DNA of 61,712 bases, the filler included. It is 6 parts of 6 records of this genome, joined end to end, with 100 filler letters (N's around TTAATTAATTAA, not from the genome) between each part and the next. Parts side by side here need not be neighbours in the genome. Positions count along the whole stretch, not along the records: positions 1 to 10,595 come from SRR2962707_4438; positions 10,696 to 21,264 come from SRR2962707_4439; 4 more parts are not named here. One strand, written 5' to 3'. Under the pieces are notes generated by a model. That model saw nothing but the letters and a program-made list of their open reading frames with translations, did no database searches and was not told where the DNA came from. A program made the position numbers and the translations under genes. Below, one piece after another: positions 1 through 11,134 of the stretch (position 1 is the stretch's first letter; each line of letters begins with the position of its first letter).

Positions 1-6
1 AGATAT

Positions 7-28
7 TCTTATAACTCTTATATAAGAC
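7..28. promoter_or_regulatory. Palindromic operator TCTTATATAAGA (16-27) with an extra upstream TCTTATA half-site; probable autoregulatory GntR site
   Basis: Perfect 12-bp palindrome 15 nt upstream of the GntR start; resembles the operator described for SdhR-type HutC-subfamily regulators. Confidence 0.6.
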
Positions 29-42
29 TTGGGGAGCAAGGC

Positions 43-780
43 TTGAGAGACCCGTATCATCGACCCGCCAAACAGCCGCTATACCTTTCCGTCCGCGATG
101 CCGTGCTGGAACGCATCAGCTCGGGCGCCTGGGCGCCCGGTGATATGCTGCCGAGCGAATTCGCGCTGGCGGATGAATTCGATGTTAGTCAGGGCACGAT
201 CCGCAAGGCCCTGGACGATCTGGCTGCACGCAATCTTGTTGTGCGCCGTCAGGGAAAAGGCACCTTTGTCGCGGCCCACACGCCTGAACGTGCCCTGTTC
301 CACTTCTTTCATATCGTCGCCGATGACGGGGCACGCGAGCTGCCGACGAAAAGCCGTGTCCTGAGTTGCCGCCGTCGCCGTGCCGACAGGCAGGAAGCAG
401 AGAACCTGAAGCTGGATCGTCAGGACCGGATCGTAGAAATACGCCGGATCCGTGAAATGGACGGCAAGGCGGCGATTGCCGAAACGGTCTGCGTCCCGGC
501 ATCCATGTTTCCCGATCTCGACAAGCGTGCCATCGAGGAAGTGCCGAACGAGTTGTATCAGATGTATGAGGAGCGCTACGGCATCACTGTCCACAGGGCC
601 TCTGAAAAGCTCCGCGCCGTGGCAGCCGGCCATGAAGAAGCGTCTCAGCTTGGCATCAGCGAAGGCACGCCATTATTGGAAATTGCCAGGATTGCCGAGA
701 CCCTCGACGGGCGGCCCGTGGAATTACGCACCAGCCGCTGCCTGACCGACAGACGGCATTACCAGTCGATCATCGTTTAA
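43..780 (+). CDS. GntR family (HutC subfamily, UTRA domain) transcriptional regulator, SdhR-like
   Basis: N-terminal wHTH PLY..LPSE..LA..VSQGTIRKAL..L..RRQGKGTFV; C-terminal UTRA-like region; GGGGAG RBS before TTG. Confidence 0.9.
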   Translation: MRDPYHRPAKQPLYLSVRDAVLERISSGAWAPGDMLPSEFALADEFDVSQGTIRKALDDLAARNLVVRRQGKGTFVAAHTPERALFHFFHIVADDGARELPTKSRVLSCRRRRADRQEAENLKLDRQDRIVEIRRIREMDGKAAIAETVCVPASMFPDLDKRAIEEVPNELYQMYEERYGITVHRASEKLRAVAAGHEEASQLGISEGTPLLEIARIAETLDGRPVELRTSRCLTDRRHYQSIIV

Positions 781-789
781 GCAGACGCC

Positions 790-1293
790 TCAGGCAGATG
801 CCTGCTGGCCATGCCGACGCGCCCAGACGGCCTGCACACCGTCGGCCGCATTCTGGTATGCCGCCGACATCGCATTGGCGGATTTCCCCCAGCCTGCCAG
901 ATCGACCCCTTCGGCGATTTCAAAGGCATCGAAGCCGCAACGCTGCATGAAGGCGTACTGGTCACGCAGCACGTTCCCGGTGGCGCGAATTTCGCCTTTG
1001 AAGCCGTATCTCTGCCGCAACAGGCGGGCCTGAGAATAGGCACGGCCATCGGTATAGGCCGGGAATGTCAGAAATACCGCATCAATGGCTTCGAGATCAT
1101 CGACGATCTGTGCGGCCGACTGATCGTTTTTGAGCGAGACTGCAACTCGCGCATTACGCTGTTTCAGCGTGTCGGCCTGATCCAGCCAGCGCTCCAGCGA
1201 AACAACCACGGCCACTTCATCGGCAATGTCTGCATCATCATCAACACGTACCCATTCATCGGTCACGATCTGACCATCCTTAAGCAGCGGCAT
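790..1293 (-). CDS. DUF934 domain protein (sulfite reductase-associated)
   Basis: FPAYTDGRAYSQARLLR..YGFKGEIRATG.VLRDQ..FM.RCGFDAF signature; start at MPLLKDG overlaps the cysI end. Confidence 0.9.
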   Translation of the reverse strand: MPLLKDGQIVTDEWVRVDDDADIADEVAVVVSLERWLDQADTLKQRNARVAVSLKNDQSAAQIVDDLEAIDAVFLTFPAYTDGRAYSQARLLRQRYGFKGEIRATGNVLRDQYAFMQRCGFDAFEIAEGVDLAGWGKSANAMSAAYQNAADGVQAVWARRHGQQASA

Positions 1294-2950
1294 TTTGTTT
1301 CTCCCCGAACAATGCGGACTTGAAGGGCGCTTCACCCAGCCGCCGATACGTTGCAATGAAGGGCTCACCGTCGTTTCTGAGCTTTAGATACGTTTCAACC
1401 ACTGTCTCAACGGCATCGACGATGCCGGCACTGGAGAACGCCGGGCCGACGATCTTGCCGATCGACGCATTCTCATCGGCGCTGCCGCCAAGGGTAAGCT
1501 GATAGTATTCCTCTCCTTTGCGGTCGACACCGAGGATACCGATATGCCCGGCGTGATGATGACCGCAGGCATTGATGCAGCCTGATATGTTCAGTGTCAG
1601 CGCACCGATATCAAACTGGCGCTTGATGTCCGCAAAGCGGCGCTGAATACGCTGGGCCACGGGGATGGAACGCGCATTGGCGAGCCCGCAGTAATCAAGC
1701 CCAGGGCAGGCAATGATATCGCTGATCAATCCCAGGTTCGGTGTCCCCAGCTGAATTTCATCTAGCTTTTTCCAAAGCGTGTAGACATCCGATTTCCGGA
1801 CGTCGGCAAAGACCAGGTTCTGTTCGTGTGCCACCCGGATTTCACCGAATGAATACTGTTCGGCAAGATCAGCAATGGCATCCATCTGTGCTGCGGTCGC
1901 ATCCCCCGGCGCACCGCCAATCGGTTTCAGTGAAATATTGACGATCGCATACCCTGGCTTTTTGTGCGGTGCCAGGTTGGCGCGAACCCAGCGGCCGAAT
2001 GTCGGGTTTTCAAACTGCTTGACCTGAAATGCGTGGTCATGGTCCGGCAGGTCTTCGTAATCAGGATCGGTGAAATGCGAACGGACGCGCGCGAGTTCTG
2101 CGTGCGGCGGGTCGATCCCCTCCTCTTTCAGGTTTTCCCATTCGGCTTCAACCATATCGCGGAGCGTATCAATGCCGGTTTCATGCACCAGGATCTTGAT
2201 TCGCGCCTTGTACTTGTTATCGCGGCGGCCAAGCTGGTTATAGACCCGAAGAATAGCTTCCAGATAGGACAGCATGTATTCGGCCGGCAGGAATTCACGC
2301 ACGGTACGACCGATCATCGGTGTGCGGCCAAGCCCGCCACCGACCAGCACTTCGAAACCGATATCCCCGCTGTCATCACGTTTCAGGATCAAGCCGATAT
2401 CATGGAATTTCACCGCCGTCCGGTCATGGGGCGAGCCGGTGACCGCAATCTTGAATTTGCGCGGCAGGAACGAGAATTCCGGGTGCAACGAAGACCACTG
2501 ACGGATCAGTTCCGCCCAGACACGGGAATCGTCAAGCTCTTCGGGATCAACACCGGCGAACTGATCCGCGGTCGTGTTGCGAATGCAGTTCCCGGATGTC
2601 TGGATCGCATGCATCTCGACGGATGCCAGTTCCTCCAGTATGTCCGGTGTGTCTTCAAGCCGGGGCCAATTGAACTGGATGTTCTGGCGCGTTGTGAAGT
2701 GTGCATATCCCCTGTCATAGGTCCGGGCAATCTGTGCCAGCTTGCGCATTTGCAGAGAGGACAGCAGACCGTAAGGGATCGCCACGCGCAGCATATAAGC
2801 ATGAAGCTGCAGATACAGACCGTTCATCAGCCGTAACGGCCGGAATTCGTCCTCGGAAAGTTCCCCCGACAGGCGGCGGGCGACCTGCTCCCTGAACTGG
2901 GAAACACGTTCACTCACGAACGTCTGGTCAATATCGTCGTATTTATACAT
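1280..2950 (-). CDS. cysI: Sulfite/nitrite reductase hemoprotein (siroheme, 4Fe-4S)
   Basis: FRPLRLMNGLYLQ, TTRQNIQ, LPRKFKIA, ACPGLDYCGLA and ISGCINACGHH motifs; flanked by DUF2849 and DUF934. Confidence 0.9.
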   Translation of the reverse strand: MYKYDDIDQTFVSERVSQFREQVARRLSGELSEDEFRPLRLMNGLYLQLHAYMLRVAIPYGLLSSLQMRKLAQIARTYDRGYAHFTTRQNIQFNWPRLEDTPDILEELASVEMHAIQTSGNCIRNTTADQFAGVDPEELDDSRVWAELIRQWSSLHPEFSFLPRKFKIAVTGSPHDRTAVKFHDIGLILKRDDSGDIGFEVLVGGGLGRTPMIGRTVREFLPAEYMLSYLEAILRVYNQLGRRDNKYKARIKILVHETGIDTLRDMVEAEWENLKEEGIDPPHAELARVRSHFTDPDYEDLPDHDHAFQVKQFENPTFGRWVRANLAPHKKPGYAIVNISLKPIGGAPGDATAAQMDAIADLAEQYSFGEIRVAHEQNLVFADVRKSDVYTLWKKLDEIQLGTPNLGLISDIIACPGLDYCGLANARSIPVAQRIQRRFADIKRQFDIGALTLNISGCINACGHHHAGHIGILGVDRKGEEYYQLTLGGSADENASIGKIVGPAFSSAGIVDAVETVVETYLKLRNDGEPFIATYRRLGEAPFKSALFGEKQNAAA

Positions 2951-2953
2951 CGC

Positions 2954-3307
2954 TTAGATTCCGTTCATGAAAACGGCGGAAACATCGGTGCGCGGGTCGA
3001 AATGCTCCGGAACCAGTTTTTTTGCAAACGCCGGGTGTATCGATGGCCCAAAAGCTCGGATCTGCTCGCGGTACGTCTTGGGCGTCACAACCCGTGCGCT
3101 CCCCTCGGGAGCGCGGACGTCCGCTTCTATCAGATATGCGCCGACAACGGACTGTGATGCTTCCGCCTCAGCTATCAGCTCAGCAATATCATCTTCTCGC
3201 TCGGCAATACGGGCATCGTCGATATGACGGGTCCATTCGCCATCGTAACCGAGAAAAACCACGATCCCGTCGCTTAGTCTGTTTGCTGTCGCCAGTTGTA
3301 CCGACAT
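2954..3307 (-). CDS. DUF2849 domain protein
   Basis: TANRLSDG.VVFL...W, VVGAYLI, REQIRAFGPS motifs; GGAG RBS 7 nt before ATG 3307. Confidence 0.85.
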   Translation of the reverse strand: MSVQLATANRLSDGIVVFLGYDGEWTRHIDDARIAEREDDIAELIAEAEASQSVVGAYLIEADVRAPEGSARVVTPKTYREQIRAFGPSIHPAFAKKLVPEHFDPRTDVSAVFMNGI

Positions 3308-3362
3308 ATTCATTCTCCATAGGCATAAAGAGACGCCTTTATTACGCATATTAATGGGAGAA

Positions 3363-3416
3363 ATTATATATAATGTCAATTATATATGTGAAATAAAGAT
3401 ATTACACATATATAAT
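3363..3416. promoter_or_regulatory. AT-rich operator-like region: palindrome ATTATATATAAT and 12-bp inverted repeat ATTATATATGTG-N14-CACATATATAAT upstream of the cysI operon
   Basis: Palindrome at 3363-3374; inverted-repeat arms at 3379-3390 and 3405-3416. Confidence 0.5.
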
Positions 3417-3431
3417 ATGTGATATTAATTT

Positions 3432-4349
3432 TCAAATGGGTTTGCTGATGATCTTGATTCTTGAGGTACGCAACGGAATCCGGCTCCGGTCCGCCAAAAC
3501 CGTTATGTCTGGAATGATTTTATCAAGCTTATCAAGGACCTCGCAGGCGTTCGCCGGTCTATGGTCTGGCTTTCTCTCAAGACACAACTCGATCAATTTC
3601 ACCAGTTCTTCAGGGATACCGAACCGCCCCGCCCGCATTGGTGCCTTATTAGATGTTAGCCGGCCGCTCAACATCCGGTACATGACGACACCGGCAGAAT
3701 AGACATCGGACCGCGCATCCACTTCTCTGGCGCTTTGACGCTGTTCCGGGCTGATATATTCCAATGTACCGACCCAAATGCCCGATCGGGAACCCTGGGC
3801 TCCGGGAACTTTCACCATGCCGAAATCACATAGCTTCACCTTTCCCCTCTTCTTGCTGTCGAGCAGGACATTCGATGGCTTGATATCCCGGTGTACCAGC
3901 CCCGCTTTATGGAGTTCACCAAGCCCTGCCAGCATCTGGCGCCAGACTTCAACCGCGCGGCGGGGAGACACCGGCCGGGGCCGCCATTTCCGATCCAGTT
4001 TTTCGATCTCTTCCGGTGTTTCGGCATCTTCGCCGATTTCAAACAGCAAATTGGCTTCCAGAAAAGGCATCACGAAATACGGCTGGCCTTCATCGGTTTC
4101 GCCAACATCGACGACCTGAACCAGATTTGGATGATCGAAGCGCGCCATCAGGTTCGCTTCCTCTATGAAGCGGGCGCGCCAGAAGTCTTCGCCGTACTTG
4201 GCTTTTTCACCAACATTGTCCCCTTTTGGATGGAACACCTTCACGGCAAAGTAGCCATCCTTCCCGGGGGCGCGGGCTATGTAAATATCCGAAAACCCGG
4301 TATCGAGCAGCGGGGTTTCAATCTCGTATTTGCCGATCCTGTCCATCAT
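3432..4349 (-). CDS. Hanks-type serine/threonine protein kinase (stand-alone catalytic domain)
   Basis: FAVK, VHRDIKPSN, DFG, GTLEYISPE, SDVYSAG motifs; start uncertain (4346-4370). Confidence 0.9.
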   Translation of the reverse strand: MMDRIGKYEIETPLLDTGFSDIYIARAPGKDGYFAVKVFHPKGDNVGEKAKYGEDFWRARFIEEANLMARFDHPNLVQVVDVGETDEGQPYFVMPFLEANLLFEIGEDAETPEEIEKLDRKWRPRPVSPRRAVEVWRQMLAGLGELHKAGLVHRDIKPSNVLLDSKKRGKVKLCDFGMVKVPGAQGSRSGIWVGTLEYISPEQRQSAREVDARSDVYSAGVVMYRMLSGRLTSNKAPMRAGRFGIPEELVKLIELCLERKPDHRPANACEVLDKLDKIIPDITVLADRSRIPLRTSRIKIISKPI

Positions 4350-4379
4350 GTGAGAATGCCAAAGCCCCATCAGCAGCGC

Positions 4380-4409
4380 AAAAGGAAAGGGCCCGCAATC
4401 GCGAGCCCT
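4380..4409 (-). terminator. Rho-independent terminator after the adhesin gene
   Basis: Minus strand AGGGCTCGC-GATT-GCGGGCCCT followed by TTCCTTTT. Confidence 0.65.
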
Positions 4410-4432
4410 CCCCTATTAGAATTGAGCGCTGA

Positions 4433-7400
4433 TTACCACTCCAGTTTTTCGACACCTTCGAACGTCAGCTCGCTGCCGTCCGCCAGTTCGATCTTACCGG
4501 AGGATTCACTGTCGAAGACAATACCATCCTCGGTTTCAGTGTAGGTCGCGCCATCATCGAGCTGCAGTGTCCAGCCGCTATCGCCACCCGGACCGCTGTC
4601 GACGCCGTCCAGCTGGATGGTATCGGACCAGCCATTGCCGCCATCGAAGTAATCGGCACCATCGCCGGCCCCGAAGATGAACAGGTCATCACCCTGGCCA
4701 CCGTAGGCTTCGTCGTCACCGGCGCCGCCTTCCATGATGTCGTTTCCATCACCACCGACAAGCGTGTCATCACCGGCACCGCCGAAGATAACGTCATCAC
4801 CGTCTTCGCCGCTGATGTAATCATTACCATCACCGCCGTCGATCGTATCATCGCCGCCGCCGGTATAGATGTTGTCATCACCGTCGCCACCCAGAATGAC
4901 ATCTTCCGACATGCTGGAAGCATCGTTATCCCAGGTGTCGCCACCATCATCGAGTTGTTCGAACGAGGTATCACTGCTGGAATTATCAATCCCGGCGATG
5001 GTCGTCACGGTATTGGTACTGCCATCATCCTCGGTCGACGTTGCTGTCGTGGTGAAGGCAAAATCACCTGTATCAGCCGGCACGCTAATCTGAAGACCGT
5101 CCATCTGATCGCCGGTCAACGTGAACGCACCATCCGTACCCGTGATCTCATTTCCGTCGGCATCAAGCAGAACGGCGCCATCTGGCAGATCGGTAAGCGT
5201 GACCGAGAGAGTTTCGGAACCATCCGTATCCGTCAGGTTCGTCGATATGTTGACCGGGTAGGTGATGATTTCATCGCCACTACCGCCCGCGTCCATCATA
5301 TCCTCGACGCCAAGCTCATATAGATCCTGAACCTGCTCATCGGTCAGTGGAGCATCGTATATCGCGATATCATCGATGTGCCCATCAAAGAAATCGCTCA
5401 TGCTATTGGCCGTATTATCACCGCTATACGATTGCGAAGCACCGAACGTCCAAGGGTTTTCGTTGCCCTGCAAACCGCCGGTATAGCTGGGGTCGGAAGC
5501 GACGAGCTCTCCATTCTGGAAGATTTTCATGCCCCCTTCACCCCAGGACACCGTGACCTGGTTCCATTCACCCGATGACACGCTGCCGCCGGAAATGGTG
5601 TGGCTTGAATTTTCATCCTGCATACGCAGTTGAAGCTGGCCGCTGGAATTGATCGACAGATTGAAGTGGCCACCGTCGTCGTAACCGTAAGAATCTGAAG
5701 ATGCCAATGTGCCGTCGTTGCTCTCGTCAGAGTTAAACCAGAGCGTCAGAGTGCCGCTTTCCGGCTTCAGGTCCGAGCTATGCGGCACCTCGATATACTG
5801 ACCATCATCGTCCTTGAACTCGGCACCGGTATTCAGTTCTGCAGAAACACCGCTGTGCGCTCCTGATTTATGGATATTCGACGTATCGTCCATATCCAGG
5901 TCATACTTCGACCAGGCCTCACCCACCGAATGGCCGTCATGATCGCCGATCTGGTCGTTCATGGTCAGACCGCTGGTTTCATCCATGTTCCAATAAGCCA
6001 CCGGAGATGGATTGCCGCCGCTTACCGTACCTTCGCCAAGCTCGACGGAAATCGTCGGCTCGTCCGCAATACCCGTGACATCCACGCTGAGAGTCGCCGT
6101 CGATGAAGACGTATCGCCACTCGAGGTTTCCGTCGTCGTCGCCGTGATCGTCAGGTCGAAATTGTCGTTGCTGTTTTCCGGCGGCGTGATCGTCAGGCCT
6201 TCAAGCTGGTCCTGAGTAACCTCGGCAGCACCGTCGGTGATGGTGATATTGTTGCCATCCCCATCTGTCAGCACCGCACCATCCGGGATATCGGAAATCG
6301 TGATTGCCAGGGTTTCCGAACCATCCGCGTCGGTCATATCGATATCGATATTCAACTCGATGGCCGTATCTTCGAAGCCCGCGGCATCATTTTCAGTGAT
6401 CGACGCGCCTTCGGCGACATTGTCGATCTCCGGCACCGTGACCGAGAATGTGGTCGTCGTTGTTGCCGTATCGCCATCGCTTTCAGCTGACGTTGCCGTC
6501 ACGGTGACATCAAAGTCCTGGGCATCGCCCGGCAGTTTCACCGACAATCCATCGACATCGGCTGCATCCACCGTCCACGACCCGTCCTGGTTCTGCGTCC
6601 CGGCTGAAAGCACGGCGCCATCCGGCAGATCATCAATCGTCACGGAAAGGGTCTCTGACCCATCCGTATCCGTTAGCGCTGCCGACAGATCGAGTTCGAC
6701 ATTGAAGCCGAAGCCGTCGCCGGCACTGATCGTCTGGGTTTCCAGAACTCCGCCGTCACCGTCGACAACGGAAAGCGTAATGTCGTGTGGTCCGCCATCA
6801 CCTTCCGCCAATGTCACCTGGATATTGTTGACGTCATCCGCATCAACCGTCCACGTGCCGTCTTCGTTCTCAGTCCCGACGTTCAGCGTCGCACCGGCTG
6901 GCATGTCGGAAACGATGACACTGACGTCACCACCGCCGATTTCATCAGGGATCGAATAATGCCCGTCGTTTTCAAGAACCACACCTTCTGGCGGCTCGGA
7001 ATAGAGCATGTCACCGGAAATGGTCTGGCCATTCAACTCGACACTCAGAACCTGATCACCACCGTTTTCCCAATAGGTGATCTCGATCGGATAGAGGCCA
7101 CCCTCTTCGACCGTGAACGTGCCATGCGAGTCAGATGCACCCCGGTTGCCATCAAATTCCGTCACCGTTTCACCACCGACATTCAGCCGGAAACCGTCAT
7201 CCGTTCGGCCGGTGAAGGTGTGGGTACCAGGTTCCAGATAAATGTAACCCGTCATTTGCACAGCGAATGTTTCAGCGCTAGCGGATAGATCACCACTGCC
7301 ACTGGCAGCATCGTCACCCAGGAAGTCGCCAATATCGCTACCACCGGAATAATTGACGTCCGTTGCCGTAAAGCTGGCGGACGGCGAATTGCCATCAATC

Positions 7401-10400
7401 ATGCTGTCGATCTGCGACAAGTTGCTGAGGCTGCTCGACGTATTGTAAACCGCACCGCTCAACCCGGAACCGCCGGGCAGTTCATACGGCTGTGCCGCAC
7501 CATCTTCAATGGCCGAAGTGATATCCACGGATACGTCTACATCAATGGTCTGCTGCAGCGGCGTGGCGTCAACATCCGCGGCCTCAACCGTCGGTTCATC
7601 GGCAACGCCGACAACGTCGACATCAATGCTTGCCGTATTGGTCGAGGTCGCACCCGTGGACTCTTCAGTCGTTGTCGTGGTCACCGTCAGCGAGAAATCT
7701 TCATTGCTGTCGGTCGGCGGCGTGATCGTCAGCCCTTCGAGCTGATCGGCACTTACCTCGGCAGAACCTTCCGAAATCGTAATGACATTACCACCTGCAT
7801 CGTGCAGCACGGCGCCGTCTGGAATGTCCGAAATCGTGATGGTCATCGTTTCCGAACCATCGGTATCGAGCTGGGTCACATCAATATCCAGCGCGATTGC
7901 GGAATCTTCGTTCCCGGTCGCACTGGTTGTTTCGATCGTTGCACCTTCGGCTGTGTCGTCGAACACAGGCACATCCACACTGAGTGTCGTGGAGACCGTG
8001 TTGGTATCGCCGTCGTTCTCGGTCGACGTCGCGGATACAGCCAGATCGAAGTCAGCCGTTCCTTCCGGCACACGAATGGAAAGACCTTCGAGCTGACCCG
8101 AGGTCAATTCCGCTGACCCATCGGTTATGGTGATTTCATTGCCCGCACCGTCCAGCAGCACGGCACCATCGGGGAGGTCATCAATCGTGATGGACAGGCT
8201 TTCCGAACCATCCGTATCCGAAAGGCTCGATGTGATATCGAGATCGAAACTGACCATGTCGGGTTCGAGATCAACATTCACGGTTTCGGTCGCCAGCGTC
8301 GTATCCCAGTCATCGCCGGTTGCGATCTGGAAATTATCGACCGCCATGCCTTCGGTTGATGCGGTTGCATCAACATGCATCTGAACCTGAACCTGGCCAT
8401 TACCATCAAGCGTGACTTCAAAGCTGTAGCTGTTGTCGTCATCGCTGGATGAATTCAGAACCTGGGTTCCGTTCATCGAAACCTGGAAGAAGTCGGCGAA
8501 TGAACCGCCCTCGTCCCATCCACCATAATCTTGGGTATCAAACGAGATCGTGACCGTCTGACCGGCATGTTCCTCGCCGAAGTCAAAGGTTTTCGTGGCC
8601 GTGTCACCATCGCTGATGTTCATCGTACCGTTCGAACACGCGACATCATTGCCCCAGCCGGATGCACCACTGGTGAACTGTTCACTCACAAGTGTTTCAC
8701 CCGCCTCGCCTGGCCCTTCGACCGTTATGCTCAACGACACGTCGGTGGCTTCCGAACCGTCAGCCGGGGTAATCGTCAGATCTTGAAGATCTTCCGCGTC
8801 CAGTGTCCAGGAGCCGTCACCGTTATCCGTACCACCGGAAAGCACCGCCCCGGCAGGCACACCGGTCACAACCACGGTTGCCCCGGCGGTCCCGGCGGCG
8901 GTCATCGTATCATCCGACACTTCAACATCCGTCGTCCCGCCGGTCTGCTCACCTTCACCTATGCTGACACTCAGTTCAGGCGCATCGGCAACACCCGTTA
9001 CATCGACATCCAGCGTCGCAGTAGCGGTACTCGTCTCGCCCGTGGATTCCTCTGTCGTCACGGTCGTAACCGTCAGCGAGAAGTCCTCGTTGCTGTCTGT
9101 CGGCGGCGTGATCGTCAACCCTTCAAGCTGGTCCGCGCTGATCTCGGCGGAACCATCCGTGATGGTGATCACGTTGCCGCCCGCATCGTGCAGCACGGCC
9201 CCATCCGGAATGTCGGAGAGCGTGATCGTCATGGTTTCTGAACCATCGGTATCCAGCTGCGTCACATCAATATCGAGTGCAATCGCCGTATCTTCATTGC
9301 CGGCTACATTGGAGGCATCGATTGTTGCCCCCTCTGCCATCATATCCAGCTCAACGCCGGCAGCACTGATTGTCGTCGTCACTGTTGCCGTATCGCCATC
9401 GTTTTCGGTCGAAGTCGCAGTGACCGTGAAGTCGAATGCATCACCGGCATTATCGCCACTCAGCGTTACCGTCAGGCCTTCAAGATCACCTGCATCGACC
9501 GTCCACGAACCGTCTTCGTTCTGTGTCCCGGCGGACAACACCGCCCCGTCCGGCAGATCATCGATGGTAATAGACAGACTTTCCGACCCGTCCGTGTCCG
9601 TCAGGCTCGAACTGATATCCAGAGGATATTCGACGGATGTCTCACCGCCCTCAACGGTTGTAAATTCGATGGAGTGGATGAGATAGTCATCGTTCTCACC
9701 CGGTGCCGAGAATACGATCTGGTCGAACGACCCACCGTCGTCGGCGGTCAGGGTGATCGGCGCATCCACGTTATCGGTGATCCCCGTCACCTGGCCTTCA
9801 CCGACCTTCACGCCGTCACGATAGATTTCATACGTGGCATCTTCCGTGTTGCTCAACCAAGCAAAGGACACGTCCGCCGAAGAAATATCGTCATCAAACG
9901 ACACGACGATCTGCTCGGAAACACCCTCGTCGGCATCGTAACCAAGTTCCGAACCGGCAGCGTCCGGCGTATCGCCTGATACGCCAAAACCACCCGGGCT
10001 TTGATTGTAGGTCAGGTTGTCCGGTGACGCGTCGGACAGTGATCCGTCCGGATTGACGCTACGGCCAGCGACCGTGAAGCCGGAGTCGGTGCTCGTATAG
10101 TTGTCCGCGCCGATGGTAACGTCGACTTCCTCACCGCCGGTTATCGTCACAACTGGCTCACCAAGGGACGCGGACAGGGCCGGTGCATCGGCAACCCCCG
10201 TCACATCAACATCGATCGTCCCGTCCACGGTGGCCGTCTGACCGTTCTCTTCGGTTGTGACCGATATACCAAGTGTAAAGTCGGCATTAGAATCCGTCGG
10301 CGGCGTGATCGTCAGACCATCCAGTTGATCCTGCGTAACCTCGGCAGAACCGTCGGTTATGCTGATTTCATTGCCGCTCGCATCGTGCAGGACGGCACCG

Positions 10401-10595
10401 TCAGGAATATCCGTCAATGTGATCGATGAAATATCGTCCACGCTGGAGACATCGATATCCAGTGCGATGGCCGAGTCTTCATACCCGGCTGCGTCTGCAG
10501 TGGTCAGGTCGGCTTCATCCACAACGCCGTCGACGGTGATCGAGACGGTCGCCTGATCCTCACCACCCTGGCCGTCGGAGACGGTGTAGGTGAAG
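4433..10595 (-). CDS. Giant repetitive RTX/T1SS-type surface adhesin, 5' truncated (tandem Ig/cadherin-like repeats, PA14 domain, LamG domain, C-terminal RTX nonapeptides)
   Basis: ORF open to the contig edge (FTYTVSDGQGG..ATVSITV); recurring EDxAIxLDIDV..DGSE..LTITPP repeats; PA14-like MTGYIYL..TDDGFRL..YWENGG (~7000-7480); LamG-like AYWNMDE..FDGHIDDIAIYD (~5320-6005); GGxGDD repeats (~4600-4900). Confidence 0.9.
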
Positions 10596-10695
10596 NNNNN
10601 NNNNNNNNNNNNNNNNNNNNNNNNNNNNNNNNNNNNNNNTTAATTAATTAANNNNNNNNNNNNNNNNNNNNNNNNNNNNNNNNNNNNNNNNNNNN
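10596..10695. other. Artificial contig spacer
   Basis: 100 nt: N-run, TTAATTAATTAA (stops in all six frames), N-run. Confidence 0.97.
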
Positions 10696-10696
10696 C

Positions 10697-11134
10697 CCGG
10701 GCTTTGAAGCACCGGTTCTGCTGGCTTATTCTGCGCGTAACCGTTCTGCATCTTGCCGTATCCCTTACACTGCTTCGCCGAAAGGCAAGCGTGTCGAGAT
10801 CCGCTTCCCGGATGCACTGGCCAACCCGTATCTGGCATTCTCTGCCATGCTGATGGCTGGCCTTGACGGTATCGAGAACAAGATCCACCCGGGCGAAGCA
10901 ATGGACAAAAACCTCTATGACCTTCCAGCGGAAGAGCTCAAAGATGTCCCGACCGTTTGCCGCTCGCTTCATGAAGCACTCGACAGCCTCAGCGCTGACC
11001 GTGACTTCCTGAAGAAAGGTGACGTCATGACCGACGACCTGATCGACGCATATATCGACCTGAAAATGGAAGAAGTCATCCGTTTCGAACAGTCGCCACA
11101 CCCGGTCGAATTCGACATGTATTACAGCGGTTAA
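10697..11134 (+). CDS. glnA: Glutamine synthetase type I, 3' fragment
   Basis: Reads [37 protein letters not shown] from the contig edge; adenylylation motif NLYDLP; ends [11 protein letters not shown]. Confidence 0.95.
   Translation, partial: PGFEAPVLLAYSARNRSASCRIPYTASPKGKRVEIRFPDALANPYLAFSAMLMAGLDGIENKIHPGEAMDKNLYDLPAEELKDVPTVCRSLHEALDSLSADRDFLKKGDVMTDDLIDAYIDLKMEEVIRFEQSPHPVEFDMYYSG

Noticed and set aside
1964-2836. Long antisense or alternate-frame ORFs (also 25414-26310, 29776-30573, 51220-51969, 59187-60113)
   Set aside because: Shadow ORFs opposite well-supported genes in GC-rich DNA, with no recognisable motifs.
4433-10595. DNA repeats in the adhesin as a CRISPR array
   Set aside because: The repeats are degenerate, codon-aligned, irregularly spaced protein-domain repeats; no cas genes.
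10640-10651. Recurring TTAATTAATTAA as a biological repeat or att site
   Set aside because: Always centred in N-runs of identical length; a synthetic six-frame-stop linker.
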